Shown: positions 1 to 13,558 of the stretch, one piece after another | Numbering within the stretch: the stretch's first letter is position 1 | How the letters are laid out: the number at the start of each line of letters is the position of its first letter | DNA from: Podospora anserina | Lineage: Eukaryota | Reading direction: 5' to 3' | Length of the DNA: 64,000 bases | Assembly: GCA_017654855.1 (NCBI GenBank) | Contig: CM030333.1 | Location: forward strand, 5,022,001 to 5,086,000 | Made by a program: the position numbers and the translations under genes | Notes under the pieces: generated by a model | Databases searched by the model: none | What the model was told of the DNA's origin: nothing | What the model saw: only the letters and a program-made list of their open reading frames with translations

Positions 1-699
1 ACCTTCTCCATCTCGGCTGGCACGCAGTCAACCATCAACTACAACACGGGCGGCGAGGTCCTTGGCTGGGGTCTCCGCAATATCGTCGGCTTGACCGAGG
101 ACCCTGCCTACGGCGGCATCTGGTCTGTCGAGAACCAGATGGACGACCTCCGACTCAACGGTCGTGACATCCACAACAACAACCCAGCTGAGCGCCTCAG
201 CTACCACGGCGTTCTCAACGCCACCACCAACCGATACAAGGGTCTCAACTACGGGTACCCCTCTTGCGTCCCGGCATGGGACCCCCAAAACGTCGGCATC
301 AACGGTCTGGTGGTGGGCTCCCTCTTCAAGCCCGACTCTGTCCCCAACGCCAACGACTGTGCCAACCGCATGACGGGCCGCCTCCATTTCCACGCTCACA
401 CTGCTCCTCTTGATGTCAAGTTCACCGCCAACGGAACTGCCGCATACATTGCGTTCCACGGCAGCTGGAACCGCAACCCTGCTGATGGGTACCGTGTCAT
501 GAGGGTGGACTTCCGGAACGGCGATCCAGTGGCCGACGTCAGCTCGACGACGGCGCAGATTCCGGTCATGGAGAACAGCAATGTCGGCGGCTGCCCCAAC
601 AACTGCTTCCGTCCGGTCGGTCTGGCGTTTGATGCCAAGGGTCGCTTGTATGTGTCGAGCGACACGACCGGTGAGATTTATGTCATCTATGGCGCTTGA
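1..699 (+). CDS. 3' part of a PQQ-dependent (AA12 / soluble glucose-sorbosone dehydrogenase-like) beta-propeller sugar dehydrogenase; 5' end lies outside the window
   Basis: Frame 1 is open from base 1 to TGA 697-699. Motifs GWGLRN, WSVEN, NPAE, YGYPSC, AHTAPLD, AFHGSWNR and RPVGLAFD..GRLYVSSD are typical of this family. Confidence 0.8.
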   Translation, partial: TFSISAGTQSTINYNTGGEVLGWGLRNIVGLTEDPAYGGIWSVENQMDDLRLNGRDIHNNNPAERLSYHGVLNATTNRYKGLNYGYPSCVPAWDPQNVGINGLVVGSLFKPDSVPNANDCANRMTGRLHFHAHTAPLDVKFTANGTAAYIAFHGSWNRNPADGYRVMRVDFRNGDPVADVSSTTAQIPVMENSNVGGCPNNCFRPVGLAFDAKGRLYVSSDTTGEIYVIYGA

Positions 700-2482
700 G
701 CAGGGTGAGATGGGTCAGCCTGTCGTTTCTGTGTATCTACCTGGTATTGAGTGCGGCCGAGTTAGACAACGAGGATCAGGTTGTGTCACCTACATGTCGT
801 TACAGTGATCGATGCGAATGTGGTTGGAATGCAGAGAACCGTGGAAGGGAAGATGTCAAAAGGCTGGGCGCAGCATGTCAAATAAAGCCAAGCCCAGGTG
901 CCAAACAAGAGCGAGAAAAAGAAAAGAAATTGGCGGAAATGGAGCAAGTGCAACTACCGAAGCTAGCAATTGAGCCAGATAAGGGCACGCAAGCGACAAA
1001 CCTCTCATTCTTTTCCGTCAGGCAAATCAATTGCCAGTCAAGTCAGATCAAGTCATGTCTCACGTGGAAAAACATCTCCGAAATGAAACAGGCACTTTTG
1101 GGGAGCCCCAGAAGCCAAGAGTGTGGGGAGCTCCACTAAACGACACGCCAAGAGAGCTTCGGCAACGGGGCATGCGAGGGACGTGGACACCAACCCTTGG
1201 CATCGAACTGTTGCATCGTCACCATTCACCCGTCCGAACACATATTAGCTGATATCGCCATCATTTATTGGCCTCGAGTATCCTCGAAAATCCCTTGCAC
1301 ACCGTAGGACACCACTAACTCCACCTGGCCGGAATATTTCGTCCGAGTACCTTACCCAACCAACGCCTTGTGCCGGTTCATCAGCTCGCCGTTTGACCTC
1401 TTGCTATATGAGCAGACCTGCTGATAAGCTTCACAGGCACTTGTAAAGTGGAGGTTTTGTGTTACCTTGAACACCACCGCTCTTGTGGCCATCAAGTCAA
1501 GACCGCCACCGCCATGTCACAAGGGAACTTTGAACCAGCCCTACAACACCTACAACTCCTACATGGCCTCTTAATGAGCTTATCACGTTCGCCATACGTA
1601 CAGGTACACTTTAGCCACATTACCTGCAACAGGGACTCTGGGTTATACAGCTGACCACATCATCCACATGCTTGTTCGGTGAGGACGACAATGACATTGT
1701 TTCGAACCTATGAAACTATTCAAAACCATACGGCTTGGTCACGCCATACACCGATATGTTCTGTCCCCGCTCTTTATCACTCATGAAAGCAACCTAATAG
1801 GGTGCCTCAATCCGCCAACATTGATGAGCGCATAATGCTCGCTGCAATACTCATGCGAGTGGTCTGGAGCAATGATAATCAGGCCAATACGAAACCGTCC
1901 CAACCATCCGTCACCATGCATGGAAGCACAAATGCAGACTACGTTCAAAGATCCGAGTACTGTTCACATTTGATTTGGTTGGGAATGGCTACAACGGGAG
2001 TTTGAATCTACAAGAAGTAGTAAGTCTGATCTTTGTGCGTTCATAGGTACCAAGAGCACAAAGCGAAACAATATCCTCAATCTGCCTCACACAGGTCTGA
2101 GTAATTGATATTATGCAGATCTATCAGAACGCATAGCTCATGGGGGGTACTGGGAGGCTCTCTTGCCAGATTTCTGGCTCCTGTTTGGTGAGAATACATA
2201 TCAGCCAGCCACCAGAGCTTGCGGCTGAATCCCAAAGTTCTTGAGTCGCTGCACAGGAGAATAGTCTCAATGGCGTTTACGGACACTACCTATCATGATC
2301 GAGTACCAGAGAGGTCGGATATCAGGATACAAGACTGCCCCGCCATTGCTCTTTTGTCACCACACAGATCCTCAACTAGAAGCCTCAAACATTGTTTCTA
2401 GCACTCTATCTAGCACTCAAGTTTTCACACCAATATCGAACCGTCCTACGCAAATTTACCTCACCTATCCTTGAACTTCAAC

Positions 2483-3847
2483 ATGGCCGACATCCGCACA
2501 CTTCACTGGTATGAGTCGGCGGCTGACAATCAAGCGATTACTGCCAATGGCTGGAGATTCCAGGTGGCCAAGTCGGTTGCTACAGGAAATGGAGCACCCA
2601 TTTACAATGTCGTGTGGCAGTCCCAAGGTGTTGCCCCCGTTACCGATATTTCCTGGAAAGCTCAGTATGCTCTCAACTGGACCGCCGCTCTGATCTCGCC
2701 TGACGTCAAAGTCAACGTTGGCGGTAGATGGCAGCGATGTAACAAAGGCGAGACCTACGATCTAAACCCACAAGGTACTTTACCTATCTTGAGTTGCTTC
2801 TATTAATCTTATCAGGTTGCATCTTTGCTAACTAGTGTATCTTGCATAGGATACTGGGTGCCCTCTGCAACACCGGCTGGCCCTGATGGTGCTGGCTGGC
2901 TCAACATTGGCAACATTGATTATGCATACCCGCATGTCCTTGGAATCCATATCATCGTGGGAGTTTTGAACAACCAGACAGGCAGATACGAACCTATCTT
3001 TGTGGACCAGGCAACCCTTCCGAAGGGTAGCTCGGCGAAATACCAGCCACAAGAGAGTGTGAGTTGGTGGCTCGAGGGGAGTGATCTCACTGGTCAGGTC
3101 TTCAGCGACACCAAATCCAACGCCACAACCTTCGACTTCACGAATCCGAGCAACCCCCTCACAGATTCTTATGAGTGGTCAACTTCGTACATAATGCGCC
3201 AAGACCAATGGGTCATTGCAGCCGGACCTGTTCCCCAGGCCTTCCGTGCACCTCCTCCGTCTGAAAACAGGGTCAACCCCCTCGGCGGGAAGGATCCAAT
3301 TCTTCTCGACTTGGATGTAGGAAGCTGGATTGTCAGATTCAACCCCCCCTTGCTCGGCGGTGCTATGGGGGTCGCTGTCACAGCTCTCTCGGAAAATCTC
3401 AAGCAACAGTTCAAGGGACTTGAGGTCCAGGCTGTGGGCAGCGAAGGCACCGCGCTCACAATCCAGTACGAGGCTGGTTCGGCTCCTGGAGCCCTTGAAC
3501 ATATCGGATTTCCCCGCGGTTCTCCCGGATCTCAAAGCACAATCGACAGCGCACTGAGGGAGTTGCAGACAGCCGGCGAACTCCCTCAAACCGAGGAATG
3601 GCTTATCGAGCCGGCACCCGTGGAGGAAACAAATGGTTCAGCACCGATCCAGGCGCGCAAGAGCAAACTCAATGGGGCCAGCACCCATACCAACACCAAC
3701 AATAACAGTAACAGCAACAACAGCGGCTTGGCCTACCGCTACGGCCCCGCCCCTACTGACCAAAACCCGAACAACTTTGCCGCCAACTACCAGACCAAGT
3801 CCCCCTTCCTGCAGCAGGGCTATCCCTCAAACCCCATCTCAACCTAG
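2483..3847 (+). CDS. Hypothetical protein, 2 exons (2483-2774, 2850-3847): beta-rich N-terminal domain, small alpha/beta domain and Asn-rich low-complexity tail
   Basis: ATG 2483. Intron 2775-2849 (GTACTT...GCTAAC...TAG) joins the two ORFs in frame (NPQG|YWVP). Confidence 0.75.
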
Positions 3848-3974
3848 AATCCCTATAAGCCCCACACCGTCAGCACTCTCTCTGCCCCCGTTCGCGGCTC
3901 TTTTTCTCTGTTCAAGTTTTATCTCCTAGAAAGAAAGACGAGCGCCGAGTTGAACAGGAACAGCCCCATCTTCG

Positions 3975-4060
3975 ACAACAAGGACAACCACAGCAACAAC
4001 TACCATGACGGCAACAACGGCAGCAACACAGCAATGACGACAATGACAACAACAACAAAA
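3975..4060 (+). repeat. Degenerate (CAA/AAC)n low-complexity tract
   Basis: Sequence reads acaacaaggacaaccacagcaacaac...acaacaacaac, downstream of the 2483-3847 gene. Confidence 0.6.
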
Positions 4061-7000
4061 CCAAGTTCTTTGATGGATGAGTAAGCAAAGTCCATCAGTT
4101 TTCTTGACGTGTACCCCGGTTCTGGTCCCTTGCTTGGCTGGCTCAGGGGTCAGTGTTTATGTTCTATCACCATGCCAACTGTGATGGAAGAAATGGCAAG
4201 CCAACTTGGAGATACCAGTGTTTTGGATTCAATCACGGGACGTAGAGCAGTAATACATTGTCCTGATATCAATCTCATGCGGTGTTTTGATCTTGTAGCA
4301 TTCTCTTGTGGACAACGTCTCATGTACCTTCCAAACTATTTGTTTCTTGCACAACATCATCCTTTTGCTGACATATTCGTCTAGTGATGAGGCATTTGTG
4401 CCAGCATCTTCCCACTCACCAACAAGTTTATTAGAACCAACAATTTCTTCCATGACTTTGACGTCTGCCGCTAACATCATGTCAACTCTCATGCTGTGAC
4501 ACCCACCCTTCCCACTCTCTCGGGGACGCCGGAGACATCGGATGGCGGATGACGGATCCTTCCTTGATGTGGTGTACACACGGGTTGTGCATGATCATGT
4601 ACAGTTGAGGCAAAAGGTGAGGCATGACCGGCGGACCGACGGGCGGATAAACCAGACTGTTGGTAACCGGAGGCGGAGTTTTAACGTCTGGGGGGTTAGT
4701 CAGTCAGGAAGAGTGGAACATAAGGCTATCAGCTAATGTTTACGAGATCGCGTTGTTTGGTGGCAAGGAAGCAGAATTTTGAAATTTCACCTGTCATCTG
4801 GTGGTGATTTGCCGCCGTGAATCTTGCCATTGAAGAATTTCCCAAGATGAGGGGCTTTGACATAGGGCCGAGTTTCTATATCCATCACCGAACACTCAAC
4901 TCTGACCGGAGGTAAAATCTCCGTCTCGGTCAACCACATAGGAAACTTGGCCCTTCCAACATTCCAACCGAACCCTCGGGATCACAGGATCAACTTCTGG
5001 ATTGGGAAGGTCCTCACCAGCCATTCGGATGAAATTCATGTCTTTTCTCAACACCGATCCTCCATCATCCGGGGAAGCCACAAATTCAAAATTAAACACG
5101 GAGCAAGTTTTTACACATCGGCAGACGCGAGCACTAGCACGGCTTTTTACCCATAAGAAATTCAAATATACACCGACAGGTTCTCATACAAGACATTTTC
5201 AGATCCTTCAAATGTCCCAACAAGGAAAAAAGTTCAGACGGATGAAGGTGGCGGCGGCAGTGGCGGCGGGAAGTTGGATCCTGCTGATCATGTCAGTTTT
5301 TCACATGCCTGACTTACTCCGAGTTTATATGATTCATTATGAAGAATTCTGGCTGGCATAACGTCTTTGTCCAGAAGGCGATAGACGGGATTTTGACCAA
5401 AAAGCCATCTGTTGGGTCTTGAAGTCTGTGAAGCTGAGAGGCAATGTCGTGGCATGACATGAGTTGAGTAGAGTGGCGCAGAGGACTTCCCTAGTCTTAT
5501 CAGATCCTCCGGTGAATTTACTGGGGTGTGCAGTTGTCATATCGGTGATCACCTCGGTGCTTGATTAAGAGAATGTCGGCATGTACATGACTTGGGGTAC
5601 TATAGGACCATTTTGGCCCCCATAATCCCATCTCCAGACACTCAAATCATCATCACGACATGAGTGGCTGCGGCACCAACCGGCCACAACTCGATGCCCG
5701 CAGACCTAAACCCAAGTGACAATCCGATCTAACCAGCCCCCATCCCGTCCGATCAAGTACCGTATCTTGTGTTTCCTTCCTTCCCATATCATGTTTGTCA
5801 GCTGGTTTCGTTTGTGTCCCGGCCGCCTGTCATCCACAAAAGATGGTTGGTGGGTTTCCGGCGGGCCACTGTTGGTTGGGACTTTCGGTCGGCGGCGGCA
5901 CAGGTCTAAACGACCAGGAAAAAAACAGCTTACCTACCAGAGAAGCCCGAGACATCTCATGGGTGATAAAACACATAATAGACGCCGAAAATCACCGGGT
6001 TTTTGAGAGCATGCCCTAACGTTGCGGTCGACCTTGCTCCCCAACAGCAAACCAGCATCTTTTGCAACTTGCATAATAAAGCCAGGTTGGCAACTCAGTT
6101 CAAGGTCCCCGATCAGATGACGTGAGATTGAGTGTTTTCCCCGGCCTGCCGCAGGATTTCCAAGGTAAATGATCACTCTCTGCATGGCGCCTTTTTCCCT
6201 GCAATATCGCCCAAGTCCTTCTCCCTCGGGATTCGTGTGGTCGTCACAGTGCTAGCCTAAAGCCGAGAATCAGCCCTACGAGAGATTGAATGACAGCCGA
6301 GGAGCGGGACGAAGAAACACAAGGTAAGATGGAGGGTTACATCGAGAATGACCGAATCCTTCCGCCTTTCCTTGTGATGCTCCCATGTCTTAACATTTCC
6401 ATGATGACGGAGCTAAAGAACAATTTTTTTGCGTGGTCGGGTGGCGGATCGCTGATTGACTTCTGCCGAGATACCTAGGGATGGATGGTCTCAGCGAAGA
6501 ATTAGAAAAGTACAACATCTGGTAAACGACACTTGAGCACCCCTGGTGCCGCACGGCATACCACAGTATGGAAAATCTTGATAAGTCGTCTTGCCCAACA
6601 ATCATGTCATGGTGACACAACCACATTACGGCTTTGCGCTCAACCATAGGTACAATACCGTCGTACCTGGTTTTAATCAGCAGCCAGCCCTATGAGAGGT
6701 AGGTAGCTCACCTCAGGATACATCGGCGCTTGGTATTAAAAACTGCCGGTTTATCACACCGCTTTTTTTTCTGTCAGTGCTCCAAAGGCAGGCACCGTCG
6801 TGAGTTTTATGCAGGAAAATTGCAAGGAGAATATGCCAAATGACCCAGCATGCAACCTAAATTGTAGAAAAGCGCCATCAACTTGCTGTCATTCCCAAAC
6901 AGGCAAGTCAATGATAAACATAGACCCACAACAAGCCGTGTAACCACTCCCTGTTCTTGACGACGACCGGTGAGAGTGAACAGCAAATGGGAATCAAGAA

Positions 7001-7506
7001 GTGCCTCAAAACGCCGACTTTGACATCTGAAGAGTACATGCTTCCAAAAGTATTAAACAGACATTAATAGAAACAACGAAAGAATGTTGAAATAAAGAAT
7101 TTACATGTGAGGAAATGTCATAACTGGCGTAACCTTAGCTTTCCAACCCATCCCTAATGCCTGTGCATTATCTTCCCTGCGATGGATCCAATGCCGACGA
7201 CTAGTCCTTGCACAATGAATAAAGCTCGTCCGGCCTATTCAGCCTTACGGCTCTCCGTATAGACGTGATGCGCGGGCTTCGAATGCGAACCATACTTTTC
7301 TTCCCCTAGCCTCCTGAACACCGAAATGGTGGGAGCCCCAGTTCGTCACCACCCCCACATGGAAACTATTGCCAACCTATGGGGGGTGCAGCTGGACCCT
7401 GGAACTGCGTTGGGACCAAACGCGAAGCGCAAACTGCAACCCATCTCAGCAGCCCCGCAACTCAATCTAACCTCTGCATATGTTTATGACATCGATCTTG
7501 ATTTCG

Positions 7507-8934
7507 TCATCGCCGATCCGAGAGAGGCACCGTGTCGCCATAAAAGCCACCTTGGTCTTCGGCGGCGAGGCAGGCAAGACAAACGCCTCCACCGTAGACG
7601 CGTGTATGCCTTTTCCACCCATGACCCGAGTGATCCATGACTGATATGATCTCGCCGTGGAGATCGATCTCTTGATCTGACAAGACAACACCTGGACCTC
7701 CCGGCCCACCCACAAATACGTACTCGGAGGGAGCATCGGGCCCGGGTGGAGGAGGAGGCAGAAGAGGCGATGTTGGCGGATAGCTCGAGGGGGTGAAGGC
7801 AGTACCTGATGCCATTGCCTCAGCAGAGTAGGCGGGCGTGGTTCCAGGAGCAGGGATTCCGATGGGGACAGTCTTCGTGTAGGATCTTCTGCGCGGTATT
7901 GGGTCTGCGGTCTGGGGGCTGGAGTTCAAGACGTCGTCTGATGTTGACATGCCGCTATAAGCTGGATTGGGCTGGTGTATGAAGCTGGCGTCCAGCTCTG
8001 GCGGGATCGATGCTGCATAGCCGATATGACGGTCTTCGAAGGGAAACCTGTTGTCGCTACGTGTTGGAGCTGTTAGTGGTGGTGGTGGAGGTGGGCGCGA
8101 AAAGCGTCGGGGAGTGCTGAGATCGAAGCCAGAAAAGCCAGGGGACCCAGTAAAGCTCTCAGCACCGAAGTTGGGATCCTGTCCATACACAGCACTCGAG
8201 GAGCCCGCTTGCTGATCAGATGCGGCACTCCAATCACGGTCGCCATAGCTGCTGTAGCCTGACATTGGTCCTATCTCCATGCCCTCGGAGCCACCACTAC
8301 CATATCCCTCTGGAAAGTTAGAAGGGAAGAAGTGGGAGGAGTAGCTCGGTCTGCTGTCTCCTACATGTTGCTCAGTGTACCTGCCGGCCGGGGAGGGGTC
8401 GTGTTGGTATCTAAAATCGGCGTCATCGGGAACATTGGTGCTGACGCCACGTGATGCTGACCCTGAGCGCAAGCGATCCTTCAGCGGGTCATTCTCGTTG
8501 TCATCCATAGCTGGCGTCTGCCCCAAAAATCTGAACACGGCGCTCTGGGCACCGTGACCTGTAAGCACTGCAGCACAGGAATGATGTTGCTGATGGATCC
8601 CGAGCCTAGTGAACGGAACAACTCCTTGCCCGCCCTTGAATTGGCTCCAGGGAGACAAAACAGAGACAGGTCGGTTGCCCGTTTGGGATGTTGGTGAAGT
8701 TGCTATTGGTGAGAAGCGGGGGGGATGCTTGTCGACTTTCTCAGCACGCTGGCTGTCTCCAGGTGCAGGCAATGGGGCTGATGGTTTGAGACGTCTTGGC
8801 TTGACGAGCCGGGCAACAAGAAGAAGAGTAATGACGGCAAGCGCGAGATATATGTGTGCTCTTGAGGGTCCCTGTTTCTGGGGACTTGCGACCCCAAGAG
8901 CAACGTTGACGTCGGGATGCCTGAGTGTTGGCAT
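7507..8934 (-). CDS. Hypothetical fungal protein: N-terminal hydrophobic segment, Pro/Ser-rich disordered middle, C-terminal GWKRHTRVYGGGVCLAC...GGFYG motif
   Basis: Uninterrupted 475-aa ORF. The C-terminal CxxC-containing motif resembles one I recall from Sordariomycete hypothetical proteins. Confidence 0.7.
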   Translation of the reverse strand: MPTLRHPDVNVALGVASPQKQGPSRAHIYLALAVITLLLVARLVKPRRLKPSAPLPAPGDSQRAEKVDKHPPRFSPIATSPTSQTGNRPVSVLSPWSQFKGGQGVVPFTRLGIHQQHHSCAAVLTGHGAQSAVFRFLGQTPAMDDNENDPLKDRLRSGSASRGVSTNVPDDADFRYQHDPSPAGRYTEQHVGDSRPSYSSHFFPSNFPEGYGSGGSEGMEIGPMSGYSSYGDRDWSAASDQQAGSSSAVYGQDPNFGAESFTGSPGFSGFDLSTPRRFSRPPPPPPLTAPTRSDNRFPFEDRHIGYAASIPPELDASFIHQPNPAYSGMSTSDDVLNSSPQTADPIPRRRSYTKTVPIGIPAPGTTPAYSAEAMASGTAFTPSSYPPTSPLLPPPPPGPDAPSEYVFVGGPGGPGVVLSDQEIDLHGEIISVMDHSGHGWKRHTRVYGGGVCLACLAAEDQGGFYGDTVPLSDRR

Positions 8935-11900
8935 GCCTGCGGCGAAGCTCAGCGCCGATGATTTACTTTGGGGCGCCTAGTCAGTGTAAGTGTTCGGTCT
9001 TGGTGGGTGGCCGTAGGGGCCGGCGCTATAGCTAGGGGGATCAGGCAGGCATGGCAAAGGGTCGTGGCACCGGAAATTGGGTTTTGTGTTGTCCAGGGTG
9101 CTGGTCTGGGGGAGAGCCAAGTCCCGTTTGAAGGATGGAGCAGCGCGAGCTACACCGAGGGGTTCTGGGAGACCCCCAGGAGCTTACATTCGCTTTAAAC
9201 CCAGCAAGTGTAAATATTGAACGAGATAAAGCCGGGCGTGCAATATGATGATGAGGCGACCTACCCAACGGAAGTAAGGCGGCCGCCAGGGTTTGTTGAT
9301 ATCAATGCTTGGGGAGGGGGAAATGTGCAACCAATGGAATGCATGCTCGAAACGGGAAAGACATGTCGACTTACACAGCACGGGGCCGACAGCGGCCTCA
9401 AATGTCACGACTGAGAGGCGTAGTGTTATGCAGAAGCCGCCAGGGTAACACGGCGGGCATGAGGGCGGTAAGTAGTAAACGGATAGTCGGGTCTATTGTG
9501 GTGGTCGTTTCCTGTGTCGTTGATGCTACCGGTGCTCTCTCGACGACACGACTACCAGGTAAGTAGGTCCGGGCTCGGCGACGGCAGGGGGGCACGGAGA
9601 GTCGAGGGCCGCTGACACTCGGGAAGACTGGTCGGCCTGGCAGTCATTGGACCGCACGGCGGGAGGGCGCGGTCTTATAGAGCAAGCCGGCCACCCCTTT
9701 GTGTGCGAGGTCGATTACGGAACGCCATGGCTCTCCACGCCGTTGTATCGCGCCGACAGGGACAAGGCAAGCTGGGAGCTTCGGGCATGTGGCGGCGGAG
9801 ACTTGGAACAAAAGTAAGAGCCCCGAAGCAGGTGAAGGCTGACACACCCAACGCTAACTCTCTTGGAACGCTAGAAGGTAATTAGACGCAGCATTTGGGT
9901 ACCGCTTCAGCTGAATCAGCTCCATAAAGGCGCCGTTACCAAATGCAGAACAGCCAATCCTGGCGAGCAACAGGAGGGCACTAGTGCAGACCGTCATGGG
10001 ATGAAGAACCTAAGGTCCATCGCCGCAAACCCGCCATGCCTCTTGATGACGGCACCTTGATGAAGGGAAGCAGAAGAAGCAAAGCACGATGCGACAGGGA
10101 GCTGACCGAAGCCCGGAGCGCGGAATATTCCTGCAAGGTACTGGGTGCCAGGTGGACTGGGAGTGGGACTGTGTAGTACAGCACATGTATCGAAGTCAGA
10201 CCAACAGACGACAAAATAAAGGGCTGGCAGGTGCGCCTTGATTAACCTGCATGCAACGGTGCGTGGCTGCATGCAAGTGCAAGGGTAGAGACAGCAGCCG
10301 ACCTCTTGCCTCTCTCTGGCCGCCTGAAAAAGGGAACAATTCGAGATGTGGAGGGCTGCAGGGGACGGCGGGGTAAATCGGAGCCCTGTCGGGTGTCTCT
10401 CAACGCTCGGTACCTCACTGCTTGTTCGTGACGAGGTTGGATTTTGGCCCTTGTTTGTTTTCGTTCGTCGTTTGCCGATGCTGCCCAAGCCCAAAGGCCA
10501 TCGACAGTGGGGTTGATGTGATCATATGGCCGGACGACGTAACAGCAACTCGGTCGGGGGAGCAGTCCGAGCCACGGATGTCCCTTGTTCTCTTGTCCGA
10601 AGCAGGCTAGGCGTGTGTGCCCTCAGCTAGGTGTGTCGAGCCCTACAACTGGCGCCACCTTATCAACAGCCCTCTGTCTGCTGCTTGTCAGACAAGCTGG
10701 CTGGACTGGCTCGGCTGGCAAGGTGTTGTAACACGAAGTATGAGGCGAGGATGCTGTGGAACTGTCGCATACGCAACAAAAGGTGTCGATGGATGCGGTG
10801 TTTCTCCCGCCGATCCGCTGAGGCGGGTCAGCTACGGGGTGGTGCTAGGAGGCAGCCCTGTGGCCCTGCCATACTGCGCCGACTTGCAGTGGTGGTGCTG
10901 TGCCAATGGAGCTTAACCTCTTCGATGCAAGCCTGAGACAAAGTCGTCAACGTCGATCTCGGCAGAAGATGCGAGCTGCTGCAGCGTGTCGCGTCCGCAA
11001 TGCTTCGGTGGCTGCATGTGTTGCTTGATCTGATGTCAGGCAGGAAGCTGTGATGCGGCGGGGGTCGGTTTGAGGGAAGGGAATTACCCGGCTGGACTGT
11101 GCGACACGACAGAAGTCGGCGGCTGGGTTGGGTGCTCGACCCACGCAGTTGGGGTTCAAGTAGGTGAAGTCGAGATAGTACAGTAGTGTAGGACGATGCT
11201 TCGTCCAGTTGGTTGTTGGTGCGACGGGAGGTGGTGCAGCAAAGAGGAGCAAAGAGGAGCGTTGGAAGTGGGGCATGGAGGGGCAGAGGGGTAAGGCATC
11301 GTGACGCTGTTGCAAGAGCACCTGTGTATTCATCTCAGCTACGAGAAGCTCCTTCCCAAAAAAGAGTTCCTGTTCAACTTGACATGTCACCATGCGATGG
11401 CCTCTGTTACATAGGCCATCTGAGTCCAGGTTATTAGGTACAGGTGATCTCGCTCCCATCTCGAGCCCGGTAGATCTTCTTCACCTTGGAGACAGGTCAG
11501 TCCATGGCTGTGCTCACCGCCACCATGATGCTTCAACAGCTGAACAGCTTGGCCCTCAGGTCTCCACGCCCATGGCTACCTAACCCGGCGTCGGTTGTAT
11601 CCTGAGCAAAGCGTCTCGCCGGGTGAGCTTCATACACGACGAGAGCGCTTACACAGCAGAGCACAGCGCTTCCACGATGGATGACGGGAACGTATTTGAG
11701 GTGCTCCCAAAAAAAAGAGCCCCACTGATCGATGACTGGCCGTCCGATGATGCCTGCAGCCCGTCATTTTCAATCTCAGCCCTATGGGAGAAACCCTGGA
11801 TCAGTGCGCCCTCCATACCCCACTCCACCACGACCCTGGTTGATCACATCACACCCGCTGGACCGCCCGCATTTCCGTTCCCATGAGAGAAGCTTGAGCA

Positions 11901-13558
11901 TTTTCCTCATGCGTCGCCTGCACCGAAATCATGTCCTCGCACCCCGCCGCTTCCAACAGATCCAACACCTTGCCCAAAGCCCTTGCAGCAGGACAGGCCA
12001 GAACCAACAATCCAAAGCCATTGGGATCAACTGCCCATTCACTGTTGGAAATGTTGGACGGCACACGGCTGCCTGAATGCCTGAGATTCACCGCTGTTTT
12101 CCCGGTCTTGACTCTCATCGAATCTGAACTGGAGTTTGTGCCTTTCAAGAGTGGGAGGGCCGACCGCCATTGGGGCAAGCCATTTCTGCACGCCCATTGG
12201 TCTGCGGCGCAATAAAGTCAGCTTGCGTCTCCCTGTGCCGTGGTTCCTACGCTGGACTTGCCACTGCCAAACTCCAACATTTTGACTTGTTTTGTCTCTG
12301 CCAGCTCAAACAAACACCTCCTCACATCCATTAATTGCCGGCCACTCTTCACGTCATGGTCAAACATTTGAGAGGATCGTTTACGAACCCGGGCCCAACA
12401 GGGACACCAGAGCGGAGCGAGCCGCCTGGCCGCGGGGCACGACTCCTACCGTGATCCATGATAGACCAAGAACAACTACCTACTCTGGGGTCAATTTGAT
12501 ACTTGAATGCTTACTTGACCTTGAATGGCCAGTATACGGACGGAGAAATCGGCAATCGGGTCTTGGCGGGCAATAGAGTGCTGGCTCATGATGGTTCCAT
12601 CCGGCGGTATTCGCCCGACGTACACGTTGCCGTCTCAATCTCGATGGGAAATATCTCTTCGTGAATGGTAACCCATTGAGGCTGAGCGGGAATAGTGAAA
12701 GTCATGTAAACAAGCATCTGCCGGATGCACACGCGGCTCAGTGGCGCGGCGGCAAGTGAGGCTCAACAGGCTTCCCATCACAACGATCATCACGGTAGCT
12801 AAGAATATCTAGAAAATGAAGCTAACATGGCAATAGATGGAGCAAGCTGACTCGGACGCTACACGAACTGTAACTGGCATGTTACTGGCTTTGCGGGTGC
12901 TCCAATCCCACAAGAGGCCGCAGAGCCTCATGCTGATCAACCCACTTTCACTCGGTTCTCTGCGAGGATGTCCTTGTGATGACACTCCAGCGTCTGATGG
13001 GCATACCAGGACCGGAACCGGTGGATCCACGAGGACAGCTGAGCCCAGGCTCTTTTCATGGCTTATCGACCAGACGTTTGGTATATTGGGAGCTTTGCCA
13101 AGTCTTCACTGGTCATCTGAACTGCAAGATTTACGCTTGCGTGTCCCACAAAGTGCAATAATTGGGGGACGAGCTATACTGGTCCGGCGGCGATCGACCT
13201 AGGTAGTTTAGTGGCTGGGAGACAAGTACCACGGTGTCACTGTTCGAGACTGGGAGCGATGAGACGGGCCAGACAATAGTCTCGAAAGAGCTATCCACAA
13301 CTCCAATGGGGCAGAAGTCGAAAGATAATGCGGGTTTCCGTATCCGCATCTTCCCCTCTCACATCATGGCCCCTTTCTCCGGCCGCCCCCTCATCCCCAG
13401 CATATCTTACGGCCTCTGCTCACGCGGCCGGTCACTCAGATGGTCACCGAGGGACTCACATTACCAATCATCGAACTCGCCCACAGACATGACAACTCAC
13501 AATCACGACCGGCATCTCACAAACACCAGCAAGTGCCTGATGCTGGCCAGGGCCCACA

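Noticed and set aside
9400-13500. Many short ORFs in a 4-kb stretch
   Set aside because: No recognisable motifs, codon bias or coherent splice structure. Treated as intergenic.
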